Shown one piece after another: positions 38,175 through 48,007 of a DNA stretch of 64,000 nt. The DNA is taken from IMG/VR virus record IMGVR_UViG_3300045049_000270. The stretch is one strand, 5' to 3'. Source of the DNA: a virus (Duplodnaviria; Heunggongvirae; Uroviricota; Caudoviricetes). Made by a program: the position numbers and the translations under genes. Position 1 is the first letter of the stretch. Each line of letters begins with the position of its first letter. The notes below the pieces were generated by a model. The model saw only the letters and a list, made by a program, of their open reading frames with translations. It searched no databases and was not told where the DNA came from.

Positions 38175-38574
38175 ACTACTCGTTGCGCAATCACTTGTAA
38201 CTGATAACCCACTCAAAAAGATGATTGAGGGCAAAAGTACGCAAGAAATCTGCCAGCTGATCTTCAAAAATTACAGAGGAGACCCTAGCAAAGCTAAGGG
38301 TCTCAAGTTGTCTGAGGTCGGACTTCAACTCATGAAGTCCTTCTTTAAAGGATATGATGTACCAATGCCAGAAGGCTATAAGGTCAAACTACCACACCTT
38401 CTATATCTAGATAGAATCTCAACTCTTCCATACTTCATCAACAACAAATGTTTCACCACGTTTGACAGTGATTTGGCTATGATGCTAAAGCTGTCTGACA
38501 GTAAGATTGAAACGTTGATCGAAGCCAAATATCGCTTACAATTCGACAAAAGCAGCTTCCTGCCTGACGTCTAA
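38149..38574 (+). CDS. hypothetical phage protein
   Basis: Open ORF overlapping the previous gene. Confidence 0.6.
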   Translation: MTIQVKIAELLVAQSLVTDNPLKKMIEGKSTQEICQLIFKNYRGDPSKAKGLKLSEVGLQLMKSFFKGYDVPMPEGYKVKLPHLLYLDRISTLPYFINNKCFTTFDSDLAMMLKLSDSKIETLIEAKYRLQFDKSSFLPDV

Positions 38575-38640
38575 GCCAGTCATCAAATGAATGTGCCATA
38601 TTTGTTGTAAAACCGCAACATAAATGGCAACCAAAAGCGC

Positions 38641-38669
38641 TTGACGAGCATGCCAAAGCTCTGTAGAGT
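38641..38669 (+). promoter_or_regulatory. sigma70-like early promoter
   Basis: TTGACG-N17-TAGAGT with extended TG. Confidence 0.45.
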
Positions 38670-38745
38670 TGCGATTACTGTGATACGCAACACAACGCAG
38701 TAATAACAACGCTACAAAAACCGCCCAACACAAGGAGCATTAAGT

Positions 38746-39879
38746 ATGTCGAACAAAAAGACCGCAGCAACCGCGCCGCAAACCATGACGTTCAAACCGT
38801 CGGAAGTAGCAGCAGCTATCAAGCACCTTCTCCCGACGCAAGTCGCGGCATTCCTGTGGGGCCCGCCGGGGATTGGTAAGTCAGCAGTGCTGAAGCAAGT
38901 TGCTGAGTCGATGGGCATGGGCTTTGTCGATATTCGTCTGTCGCAGATGGAACCAACTGACATCCGTGGTATCCCGTACCCGGTCGAAGAAGAAATTGCC
39001 GGCGTGATGATGAAGGGTATGCGCTGGTCGGCACCGCTGGTGCTGCCGCACGATCCGAAGGCCAAGGTCCTGATCCTGCTTGACGAGTTTAACAGCGCAC
39101 CGCCTAGCGTTCAAGCTGCCGCGTATCAGCTGGTGCTCGATCGCAAGCTGGGCGAATACGAAGTACCTGAAGGTTGCATGATCGTGGCCGCTGGTAACCG
39201 TGAAACGGACAAGGGCGTGACGTTCCGCATGCCGACGCCGCTTGCAAACCGTTTCGTCCACATCGAAATGCGTCACGATTTCGAAGACTGGCAAGTTCAT
39301 GCGCTGAACAGCAAGTTCAACAAGGACGTGGTTGGTTTCTTGACTGCGTTCAAGAACAAGCTCTTCCAGTTCGAAGCACTGAGCGCATCGCGCGGGTTTG
39401 CAACGCCGCGTTCGTGGGAATTCGTTTCGCGCATCGTTGAAGGCAACCCGGATCTGCCGGAAACGGTCCTCACGGGTCTGGTCGCTGGTGCGATCGGTGA
39501 TGGTAATGCGGTGGAATTCATGGAATATCGTCGCAACGCTGCTGATCTGCCGAATCCGGATGACATCCTGAACGGCAAGAACCCGACGCTTTCGCGTGTT
39601 GATGTTTCGCTGTGCTATGCGTTGACGACGGCACTGTGCTATCAGCTGCGTGAAGGCGCAGAAAAGATCGCGAAGGCAGGCAAGCCGAAGGATCAGCATG
39701 AAGCATGGTTGAAGCAAGCTGATAACTTCCTCGGCTATATGCTTGAGCACTTCCAGCCCGAAATTTGCGTGATGGGCGCGAAGACTGCGCTGAGCACGTT
39801 TAAGCTGGGCTTCAACGCAAAGCAGATGAAGAACTTCGAGAAGTTCGCCGATAAGTACAAGCATCTGATCATGAATTAA
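38746..39879 (+). CDS. MoxR-like AAA+ ATPase
   Basis: Walker A GPPGIGKS, Walker B LLDE, AAGNR, LANRF, ATPRSW. Confidence 0.9.
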   Translation: MSNKKTAATAPQTMTFKPSEVAAAIKHLLPTQVAAFLWGPPGIGKSAVLKQVAESMGMGFVDIRLSQMEPTDIRGIPYPVEEEIAGVMMKGMRWSAPLVLPHDPKAKVLILLDEFNSAPPSVQAAAYQLVLDRKLGEYEVPEGCMIVAAGNRETDKGVTFRMPTPLANRFVHIEMRHDFEDWQVHALNSKFNKDVVGFLTAFKNKLFQFEALSASRGFATPRSWEFVSRIVEGNPDLPETVLTGLVAGAIGDGNAVEFMEYRRNAADLPNPDDILNGKNPTLSRVDVSLCYALTTALCYQLREGAEKIAKAGKPKDQHEAWLKQADNFLGYMLEHFQPEICVMGAKTALSTFKLGFNAKQMKNFEKFADKYKHLIMN

Positions 39880-40014
39880 GGTGTGGGCGGTTGTACCTGG
39901 GGGTGGGGTGGACCCACCCCATTTTTTACGCTCTACGACGTAGAAAAAGGTAGCAAACTAGCCATTTCGTGCTATACTAGACGAAAGAACACTTTAGAAG
40001 GAGTGAACTAAAAT

Positions 40015-41232
40015 ATGTCAACGAATCTCGACGATCCGGTTGTGCAGGCAATCGTTGCAGCACGTGTGAAGCTGCTGCTCGAAAAGCCTTTCTTCGGCAA
40101 CCTGGCAACTCGTCTCAAGCTGGTTGATGCATCCAGCTGGTGCCAAACGGCGGCAACTGAAGGCCGTCATCTGTATTACAACCGCGAATTCATCAAGAGT
40201 CTCACTCCTGCTGAACTGCTGTTCTTGATCGGCCACGAAGTGCTTCATTGTGTGTACGATCATATGGGTCGTCGCGGCGGTCGTGATAGCAAAATCCATA
40301 ACATGGCGGCCGACTACATCGTCAACTATACGCTCCATCAAGAGCAAGTTGGTAAGATGCCTCCCGGTGGTCTGTATGAACCGGACAAGTACACTGACGA
40401 AATGACTTCGGAAGAAGTGTACGAACTGCTGATGAAAAACAGTACAGTTGTCAAGATGCCACTTGACATGCACCTTGATGGTAGCGGTGGTGAAGGTGAT
40501 GAAGAAGGTGACGGTGAAGGCGGTAGTGTTGAAGTTCGAGTCATGGGCAAGGATGGTCCGCCGAAGTTGACCGAAGAAGACATGGCGCAAATCCGCAATG
40601 AAATTCGTGCAGCAACGATTCAAGCGGCGCAGGCTGCTGGTGCTGACAAAACACCGGCTGGTGTGAAGCGCTTGATCGATGCGTTCACGCAGCCCAAGAT
40701 GGACTGGCGTGCGCTTCTTGACACGCACATCCAGAGTGCGCTGAAGGATGACTTCACATTCAGCAAGATCAACAAGCGTTCATGGAATGCTGGTGTGATT
40801 CTTCCGGGTATGAACTACATGAACACGATCGATATTGCGATTGCAATCGACACTTCGGGTTCGATGACGGAAGAAATGCTGCGAGACATTCTCGGCGAAG
40901 TGAAGGGTATTATGGAGACCTTTAAGGACTTCAAGCTCACACTGTGGACATTCGACACTCAGGTTTACAACGTGAAGACATTCACGCATGACAACCTGGA
41001 TGAAATCCTGGAATACGAACCGCAAGGTGGTGGCGGCACGCTGTTCGAATGCAACTGGGACTTCATGAAGGAAGAAGGTATCGAACCGCATCGTTTTGTG
41101 ATGTTCACCGACGGTTACCCCGGTGGTAGCTGGGGCGATGAAAACTACGTTGACACGTTGTTTGTGATTCACGGCACGACCAGCATCACGGCTCCGTTTG
41201 GTCTGACTGCGTACTACGAGTTGGGCAAGTAA
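40015..41232 (+). CDS. HEXXH metallopeptidase-like + VWA domain protein
   Basis: HEVLH; MIDAS DTSGS; GGGGT; FTDG. Confidence 0.88.
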   Translation: MSTNLDDPVVQAIVAARVKLLLEKPFFGNLATRLKLVDASSWCQTAATEGRHLYYNREFIKSLTPAELLFLIGHEVLHCVYDHMGRRGGRDSKIHNMAADYIVNYTLHQEQVGKMPPGGLYEPDKYTDEMTSEEVYELLMKNSTVVKMPLDMHLDGSGGEGDEEGDGEGGSVEVRVMGKDGPPKLTEEDMAQIRNEIRAATIQAAQAAGADKTPAGVKRLIDAFTQPKMDWRALLDTHIQSALKDDFTFSKINKRSWNAGVILPGMNYMNTIDIAIAIDTSGSMTEEMLRDILGEVKGIMETFKDFKLTLWTFDTQVYNVKTFTHDNLDEILEYEPQGGGGTLFECNWDFMKEEGIEPHRFVMFTDGYPGGSWGDENYVDTLFVIHGTTSITAPFGLTAYYELGK

Positions 41233-41256
41233 GCAGGCTTGTGTGGTAGGCGGCGG

Positions 41257-41280
41257 AACCCCGTAGAAATGCGGGGTTTC
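41257..41280 (+). terminator. putative terminator
   Basis: AACCCCGTA-gaaa-TGCGGGGTT. Confidence 0.6.
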
Positions 41281-41333
41281 ATCATGAGTGGTGCTTGACA
41301 TAATTTCATTCTGCATTAATAATGGTGCATTGA

Positions 41334-41810
41334 GTGAACCTAATGGAAAGCTATATGAAAGGCGTACACTATTCAGGTGATAAGATCGAAGTTGGTCAAG
41401 TGATACGAAGCCATCAATCGATGGGGCTGACGTATCAGTTTGTATGGGAACGATATAAGTTAGTTGCTGACCAGCACGGTATTTTCTTTCCCAAAGAGTT
41501 TGGTTACGCTTATCCCATCGATCATGACAAGCGAAAGATCGACTATGTGTATTTGGTCGAAGCACCAGACGACCGCGTCACGCGCGGCAATTACGAATAT
41601 TCTGTGTATCACGTCATGGCAACTCTCAACCAGAGAATTGGTGGTAGAGGACTACCATTAGCTGAACGCCTTGCTCTTCGAGAAAAAGTGGTTCACGCCG
41701 AAGCTGAAAAGTATTTCATGATTGGCAATAACAAAGCGTATGATGTCAAAGACAAGATCGAATTGATATCAGACTGCTGGGTTATCACAAAGGCAAGTTG
41801 GAAAAAATAA
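41334..41810 (+). CDS. hypothetical protein
   Basis: ORF after TTGACA-N17-AATAAT (41295-41323). Confidence 0.6.
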   Translation: MNLMESYMKGVHYSGDKIEVGQVIRSHQSMGLTYQFVWERYKLVADQHGIFFPKEFGYAYPIDHDKRKIDYVYLVEAPDDRVTRGNYEYSVYHVMATLNQRIGGRGLPLAERLALREKVVHAEAEKYFMIGNNKAYDVKDKIELISDCWVITKASWKK

Positions 41811-41811
41811 T

Positions 41812-42090
41812 ATGAAAAGACCTATTGAATGTCCGCGTTTGCTTTGGTGGTTCATCTGTTTTTGGACCTTCTTTGCTGAACTGTGGTTTAATATTTCTCC
41901 TAGGGGACGTAGGCTCCGCAAAGAATGGAGTCAACCACTAAATGTCTTTACACCAGTTACGAGACCAACTGCGTTCTCAAGTGATGAAAATCCGTTTGAG
42001 GATGATATGCCAACAATGGGCCATGAACTACGGGCGCAACGTGAAGCAGAAAAGAACACGGTTACATTGAACAACCCACCAAAGCAATAA
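41812..42090 (+). CDS. hypothetical membrane-anchored protein
   Basis: N-terminal aromatic/hydrophobic segment. Confidence 0.55.
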   Translation: MKRPIECPRLLWWFICFWTFFAELWFNISPRGRRLRKEWSQPLNVFTPVTRPTAFSSDENPFEDDMPTMGHELRAQREAEKNTVTLNNPPKQ

Positions 42091-42100
42091 GGGAGCAACA

Positions 42101-42454
42101 ATGGCATTCGATCGATCAGCCTTCATTAATGACTTATTGATGGTGCTTCGTGCGAACGAAGTGGCAGCAGCACTTGATACGCCAGATCATCATCGCGAAC
42201 AATACGTCTTGCAATTTCAAGAGCATCAAAAGCGTATTGATAAGGTGTTCGAGATACTTGATCGTGTTGAAGATATGCAGTCTGCATTACTGCGTATATG
42301 CTATGACGATCAAGTATCCGAGGTCTCAAGCAATCTAAATAACAGCCCATTTCATCTAGCATTCTTTGCACTTGGTGGAAAAATGGAAGCTGGTAGGTTG
42401 ATGGACAATGAGATTAGTATACGACAACGGATCAATCATGCTTATCAAAAATAA
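42101..42454 (+). CDS. hypothetical protein
   Basis: GGGAG RBS. Confidence 0.6.
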   Translation: MAFDRSAFINDLLMVLRANEVAAALDTPDHHREQYVLQFQEHQKRIDKVFEILDRVEDMQSALLRICYDDQVSEVSSNLNNSPFHLAFFALGGKMEAGRLMDNEISIRQRINHAYQK

Positions 42455-42980
42455 CAAACTGCTTTTCTGGCGGAATGGAGATCCTTATTCAAATTGGGCC
42501 TATACACCAAGCTTCACATTACGTGGCTATACGTTTGCTTATGCCGAACAACCCATGATGTGGTTGAAAGCGTTGTTATTCAACGATGACGAAACTGCTC
42601 AACGCATTCTAGATACCAAGTATCCTTGGGATGTCAAGGACAAGAAAACCAAGAAAGTAATTGAATATGGTCACAAATCGCTTGGGCAGCAAGTCAAAGG
42701 ATTTGATGAGCAGGTCTGGGTTGAAAATCGTGAACTCATCATGGATGAAGTCACGTATGCTAAATTTAGCCAGATCACTGATTTGCGTGAAGGCATAGTA
42801 GCATCGCATCCTTTAATGCTTGTAGAAGCCAGCCCATATGACCACATCTGGGGCATTGGGTTAGAAGAAAATGATCCCCGTGCTTGGGATGAAGCAACAT
42901 GGCCACCAGGTGTCCTCAATCTGCTTGGTAAATCTCTTGAACGCTCGCGCGCTCGAATCATTCAGGAATCATCAGTATGA
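42438..42980 (+). CDS. NADAR (YbiA-like) family protein
   Basis: YSNW, AEQ.MM..KA.LF.D, K.LG..V, AKFSQ, LVEASPYD.IWGIG, NLLGK.L. Confidence 0.92.
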   Translation: MLIKNNKLLFWRNGDPYSNWAYTPSFTLRGYTFAYAEQPMMWLKALLFNDDETAQRILDTKYPWDVKDKKTKKVIEYGHKSLGQQVKGFDEQVWVENRELIMDEVTYAKFSQITDLREGIVASHPLMLVEASPYDHIWGIGLEENDPRAWDEATWPPGVLNLLGKSLERSRARIIQESSV

Positions 42981-43195
42981 ACTTGACATTCGGTCCTCCA
43001 CTAACAGCAGGCGATGTCAAGGAAGTTGGCTGGTATTTTCTGGATAGGCCCGGTCCTCCGCGCGGTTATGTATACATAGCAGGTGACCCAGATGATAATC
43101 TTTGGTTGTATTCAGTTTCTGGCAAACCATTGAAATTCAATAATCGCTTCATCGGTACATTCTACCGAGTGCCGAGTGATCCATTAGAAGAATAA
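42977..43195 (+). CDS. hypothetical protein
   Basis: ATGA-coupled to NADAR. Confidence 0.55.
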   Translation: MNLTFGPPLTAGDVKEVGWYFLDRPGPPRGYVYIAGDPDDNLWLYSVSGKPLKFNNRFIGTFYRVPSDPLEE

Positions 43196-43217
43196 CTGAC
43201 AAGTTACTTCTGACTAA

Positions 43218-43261
43218 AATGGCAACAAAGTTCTTGACGCTTTGTTGCCATTCTTTATAAT
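43218..43261 (+). promoter_or_regulatory. sigma70-like promoter with -35 in the loop of a 13-bp inverted repeat
   Basis: AATGGCAACAAAG-ttcTTGACG-CTTTGTTGCCATT; TATAAT at 43256. Confidence 0.6.
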
Positions 43262-43293
43262 AGTTACTGCAGGTTAACCCTTCAGTAACTTAC

Positions 43294-43614
43294 ATGAAAG
43301 ATCGCGCAGTCCGTTTTACTGGTGTGACATTAAACGCATCAGACATCCTCGGCAAATATGGTAATCGTAAAACGAAAGGCCCGTTCCCCAAGCATTGGGA
43401 GCGAGTTCAAGTACAAATTCATCAACACGATTATGGCAAAGATTTCATCCAATTGATGGATGAATATATTGCAAAACATTTCGAGGGTAAATGGGGCGTA
43501 TATAAAAATGACTACGAGTCTGCACTTGTAGTCTTCTTCGAAGATGGCAATGACGCCATTATGTTCAAACTCATGGATGGCGCAACCGCCTATCTAAATC
43601 AATCTGAGGAATAA
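43294..43614 (+). CDS. FKL-motif family protein
   Basis: FFEDGNDAIMFKLMDG. Confidence 0.65.
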   Translation: MKDRAVRFTGVTLNASDILGKYGNRKTKGPFPKHWERVQVQIHQHDYGKDFIQLMDEYIAKHFEGKWGVYKNDYESALVVFFEDGNDAIMFKLMDGATAYLNQSEE

Positions 43615-43618
43615 AAAT

Positions 43619-44215
43619 ATGTCACTGGTACCGATGGTTATCGTCAATGACGGCAAGGGTGAACGTTCATACGACATTTACTCGCGTATGCTGAAAGAAC
43701 GCATTATTTTCATTGACGGTGAAATTAATGACCAAATGGCAAGTGTAGCAGTCGCGTCACTGCTACACTTGGAAGCGGAAGATGCGAACAGCGACATTTA
43801 TATGTACATCAATAGCCCTGGTGGTAGTGTACTGGCAGGTAATGCTATTATCAACACTATGGACTTTATCAAGCCAGATGTATGCACGATCGTTACTGGT
43901 CTAGCAGCAAGCATGGGTTCAATGCTACTAACGTCAGGTGCGAAAGGTAAGCGTTATGCATTGCCAGATTCGACGGTGATGATTCATCAAGTTTCGTCTG
44001 GTGCTCGTGGTGTGTACAGCGATTTGGAAATTTCGCTGAATGAAACCAAGCGTTTGCGTCAAGCACTGTATCAACGTTTGGCTAATACGACAGGCCACAC
44101 TTTCGAGGAAATCGAAAAGGCATGCGATCGAGATAATTACATGAGCGCAGCCGCCGCTATGGAATTCGGTTTGGTTGATCGAGTCATCAAGACACGTGCT
44201 GATCTTGCAAAATAA
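43619..44215 (+). CDS. clpP: Clp protease proteolytic subunit
   Basis: ERSYDIYSRMLKERIIF, YINSPGG, GLAASMG, MIHQ, DRDNYM. Confidence 0.96.
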   Translation: MSLVPMVIVNDGKGERSYDIYSRMLKERIIFIDGEINDQMASVAVASLLHLEAEDANSDIYMYINSPGGSVLAGNAIINTMDFIKPDVCTIVTGLAASMGSMLLTSGAKGKRYALPDSTVMIHQVSSGARGVYSDLEISLNETKRLRQALYQRLANTTGHTFEEIEKACDRDNYMSAAAAMEFGLVDRVIKTRADLAK

Positions 44216-44229
44216 AGCTTCGTAGGAAT

Positions 44230-44344
44230 ATGAATCTTATCACTCTAATATCCGTGAATTTATCCATTACTGCTGCTGCCCGTCTCTGCTGCTGTAGTAG
44301 GTTGGATACTTGGACGGATAATGCGTGGTAAAATCACAAAGTAA
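44230..44344 (+). pseudogene. small membrane protein gene with apparent 1-nt insertion at CCC 44279-44281
   Basis: Removing one C gives MNLITLISVNLSITAAAVSAAVVGWILGRIMRGKITK*; AGGA RBS. Confidence 0.45.
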
Positions 44345-44446
44345 GAGTGAATGCCCATACAAGAAAGCCACTTTAAAGTGGCTTTCTTGTTGATTGGTGG
44401 GTTGCCAGTTGTTAAAATGGCAATCTATAACAATAAGAATAAAATC

Positions 44447-45756
44447 ATGAATTACGAATTCCCTCACATTACCGATATTGGCGAAGTGCGTCAAGCATGC
44501 CTGAATGCCAACGCTCGTGTTCAAGCACCATGTTTTGCTGAACGTAATATTGGAGAAGGTTACATCGTATTTGACTATGTGGTAAACGTACCAGGTTTAT
44601 TTCCCGATCTTACTGGTGATGAAACGATTGATCGTGAAACCAAATTAGTACGTGAATGCCGTGGTTTGATATTTGACGAAAAGACTGGCCAAGTCATCGC
44701 CCGTGGTTACCACAAGTTCTTCAATGTCAACGAACGATCAGAAGTACTAGACTATAAAGTTGATATGTCACAACCATATGTGATTCTGGAGAAACTTGAC
44801 GGTTCAATGCTACGACCAATTCGGCCATTCGATAAGCGCGGTGCGAATGATCCAATTCGTTGGGGAACGATGAGGGTTGGACGCCAATTGCAAAGCATGT
44901 TGATGACTTTGTGAACGCATCACCACTTGGTTATAAAGAAATGGTGTTGTATTGTGAACACATGAATGTAACACCAATCTTCGAATGGTGTTCACGTAAA
45001 CAACCGATCGTCATTGATTACCCGGAAGATAAACTAGTATTGACGGCAATTCGCCATAATATAACTGGCGAATATTTCAACTACGATGATCTATTACAAA
45101 TTGGCGCAGAATTCAATATTCCAGTTGTGGAAGCTTTCCGTAAAACAGCGACTGATTTGAAGTCCTTTGTCAAATATGTTCGAGGAATCGAGAATATGGA
45201 AGGCTATGTGATTAGATTCCATTCTGGTCATATGGTGAAGTTGAAGGGTGACGAATATTGCTTCATACATAATAGCAAAGAAGCAATGGCTCAAGAAAAG
45301 GACGTAATCAAGTTGATTATGGATAATAAAGTTGATGACCTTCTACCAAAAATTGACGAAGCTGACCGGAGGTCACTATCTGAATTTCAGACTTTGTTCC
45401 ACGCAAACATCAACCAATACGCTCTGAAGATCAAATCAGAAGTTGATTCACATCGTGATGTGTATCCAACCAAGAAAGAGTTCTTCATGAATTTCGTGAA
45501 GAATTTACCGCGCGATGAACAATCGCTCTACATGCGTGCATATGAAAATCAAGATGTGCTTGCTTCGATTATGCAACAGATCAACTTACACACGGGTAGT
45601 GGTCCGCGCGTTTCAGAAGTGCGTAAGTTCTGGGGAGATGTCAATTGGCTCGAATTCCGCAAACCGCTCGATGTTGAGCTTACCGTGAAAGGTTATTTGA
45701 TCAACTTGTATAAGAAGGTAGTTGATCGCATTCGTCAGTTTTGGTTGGTTAAATAG
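44447..45756 (+). pseudogene. T4 Rnl1-type RNA ligase split by a single-base frameshift near 44874-44876
   Basis: RECRGLIF, YHKFFN and EKLDGS in the first frame; TPIFEW, LTAIR, EGYVIRF, VKLKGDEY in the second; one extra G joins them (RWGTMRGWTPIA). Confidence 0.85.
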
Positions 45757-45823
45757 AAAAAGCTTGACTTACAGCCAGAGAGTCGTATCATCTGGTTGTT
45801 CATTTAATCTTAGGAATTGTTTC

Positions 45824-46009
45824 GTGAGTGACATAGTTAAACAGTCGTTGGCAAAGATCCGTGCTCGGCAGATGATGTATTCATCACACAGCTTGGATAT
45901 TGTCGTGCCAGCGAAGTTTAACGAAGCATTCACCAGCAACGAAGCGAATCTCCTTGATGATCTCACAGGATGCAGCAATCCTAAGGTTCAGGTGCCCCAC
46001 AGGGAATAG
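45824..46009 (+). CDS. small hypothetical protein
   Basis: GTG after AGGA; TTGACT-N16-TATCAT upstream; terminator downstream. Confidence 0.45.
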   Translation: MSDIVKQSLAKIRARQMMYSSHSLDIVVPAKFNEAFTSNEANLLDDLTGCSNPKVQVPHRE

Positions 46010-46046
46010 TTATAGATTACACTGTAACTCACAAGCAACAAATCTC

Positions 46047-46071
46047 GAAGGGGCGAAAAAATCGCCCCTTC
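46047..46071 (+). terminator. putative terminator
   Basis: GAAGGGGCGA-aaaaa-TCGCCCCTTC. Confidence 0.65.
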
Positions 46072-46125
46072 ATTGTTTGTGGCGTTTGTATTTGATTAAA
46101 CAATTGGCAAATGCCACAATGCATT

Positions 46126-47298
46126 ATGAAAAAGATTCCATTAAACAGTTTGGTAGTATTAGTAGATACCAATACGGCTGATATCCTTGGTAGGTTCCCC
46201 GACCATGAGGTTGTCAGCATTGAACAAATGCAGGCGACAATCACAGGGCCAGGGGACCGTCCAGACCTTCGTGCGCTGTATATGCGTGAACTAGAACATT
46301 TGGTAGCCACCAAACTCACGCTGGGCGAACGTGTAGTAATTGATGTTCCGGATTTGCGTCGTGATGCACGTATTGCACTAGCACATATCGCAGTGAAAAA
46401 GGGAATGAATGTCATCTATTTGGTCGATGACTTGAATGTGCGCAAAGATCTCAAACAAGGTGATAAGATCGCTGACGTGATCGATATCAAACGAGATCAG
46501 TTCGAAGTTATCATACCATATGACAATAGCGATTTATTCGCTCAGATCATTGCTCGTGGGTACGAAGGCATTACTGTTGTACCTGATGTGCATGGACAAT
46601 TGAATCCATTGTTGAATGTGATTCGTTGGGCTCAACGTAGAAATAATTTCATCTTGTTCACAGGCGACTTGATTGATTATGGAAAGGATTCTCTTGAGGC
46701 AAGTGAAGAAGCATATCGCTTAGTCATACGTGGTGAAGCAGAGATGATTCAAGGCAATCACGAGAAGAAGATCTACCGTTGGATCATGCAACGTGATGGT
46801 GGCGGTTCACACATCAAGTTGAGTGAAGGTAACAAAATGACAACCAACCGCATTGAAGCAATGAGTGAAGCTGAAGCGGAAAAATGGACGTCACGGTTTA
46901 AGGCTCTCGTCAACATGTCGAGAAACCACCGAATTGCACAAAACTTTGTGTTCACTCATGGTGCTGTTCACCCGGATATCTGGGCTAACACAGATAAACG
47001 TGTGACTGGCAAGTTTGAAGAAATGTGTTTGTTTGGTGAAGTTGATAATACTTCACCTCGCAGACAAGATGGATTCCCCAATCGTGTTTATAACTGGGTT
47101 GATCTGCTGCCGATGAATAGTGTTGCAATCGTTGGACATGACATCAGAAGCACAGAAATTCCGTTAGTGCATCAGGGGAAGTTGGGAGGCCAGGCTATTT
47201 TCCTTGATACTGGTTGTGGAAAGCATGGCCACTTGAGTACTGTGGACATTAGGTTCGTTGATGGCACGCCGAAGGTCGAGAACTTCAATAAGTTCTAG
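46126..47298 (+). CDS. Pnkp-like protein: degenerate kinase domain + metallophosphoesterase
   Basis: DVHG, GDLIDYG, GNHE, THG, VGH, DTGC motifs; N-terminal SLVVLV without a P-loop. Confidence 0.8.
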   Translation: MKKIPLNSLVVLVDTNTADILGRFPDHEVVSIEQMQATITGPGDRPDLRALYMRELEHLVATKLTLGERVVIDVPDLRRDARIALAHIAVKKGMNVIYLVDDLNVRKDLKQGDKIADVIDIKRDQFEVIIPYDNSDLFAQIIARGYEGITVVPDVHGQLNPLLNVIRWAQRRNNFILFTGDLIDYGKDSLEASEEAYRLVIRGEAEMIQGNHEKKIYRWIMQRDGGGSHIKLSEGNKMTTNRIEAMSEAEAEKWTSRFKALVNMSRNHRIAQNFVFTHGAVHPDIWANTDKRVTGKFEEMCLFGEVDNTSPRRQDGFPNRVYNWVDLLPMNSVAIVGHDIRSTEIPLVHQGKLGGQAIFLDTGCGKHGHLSTVDIRFVDGTPKVENFNKF

Positions 47299-47352
47299 AC
47301 AATAAACATAGCTATTACGTTCCTAAATAATTGATTTACAAGAAGAACCATT

Positions 47353-47931
47353 ATGGAACGGATCAAAATAAACTTCGAAGCGGGTGGCGATGTTCTTGTC
47401 TTGAACACGGACGGAGCACCTGTCAACGTTCTGCCTATCAGCACTATGAGCTGGCGTGACGCGATCACTTCTATCTGGGGTGGTCATGTTGAACCAATCG
47501 AATATTACGAAGATTGGGTGGTGCGCTCGCCTTCTGTCGAAATGCAAGTTCCGGCGGTCGTCATGACGAAGAGTTACGTGAAGCCAGGACGCAATATGAA
47601 ATTTAGCCGTGCCAATGTGTTCTTGCGTGATGAGCACTTGTGCCAATACTGCCAGCATCGTTTCGGATATGACGAATTGACGATGGACCACGTTATTCCA
47701 CGTAAAGATGGTGGCGGCACTACATGGGAAAACATAGCAAGCTCATGTGGTCCGTGTAATGCAAAGAAAGGCCATAATCGACATATGAAACCTAAGACAA
47801 TGCCTTATCGTCCTTCATATTTTGAGATGGCAGCAAAGGCCAAATCTCGACCAATCGTGATCAGGCATCCAAGTTGGAACAACTACTTGATGTGGCCTGA
47901 AGAAAAGGTTAGGTTGATCGGTAGGAAATAA
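47353..47931 (+). CDS. HNH endonuclease
   Basis: RD...CQYC...TMDHVIPR..GG.T.WENI...C.PCN.KKG. Confidence 0.92.
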   Translation: MERIKINFEAGGDVLVLNTDGAPVNVLPISTMSWRDAITSIWGGHVEPIEYYEDWVVRSPSVEMQVPAVVMTKSYVKPGRNMKFSRANVFLRDEHLCQYCQHRFGYDELTMDHVIPRKDGGGTTWENIASSCGPCNAKKGHNRHMKPKTMPYRPSYFEMAAKAKSRPIVIRHPSWNNYLMWPEEKVRLIGRK

Positions 47932-47934
47932 ATT

Positions 47935-47971
47935 TTGACATTAAAGGTGGTTCTACTTAGAATCACCTTTA
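47935..47971 (+). promoter_or_regulatory. sigma70-like promoter overlapped by an inverted repeat
   Basis: TTGACA-N17-TAGAAT; TAAAGGTGGTTCTA/TAGAATCACCTTTA. Confidence 0.6.
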
Positions 47972-48007
47972 CTCAACGATAATTAAAACAACAAGGAGTT
48001 TTGAGTA

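Noticed and set aside
38881-41565. Long antisense ORFs (327, 236 and 261 aa) over MoxR/VWA
   Set aside because: Explained by GC-richer codon bias of the well-supported sense genes.
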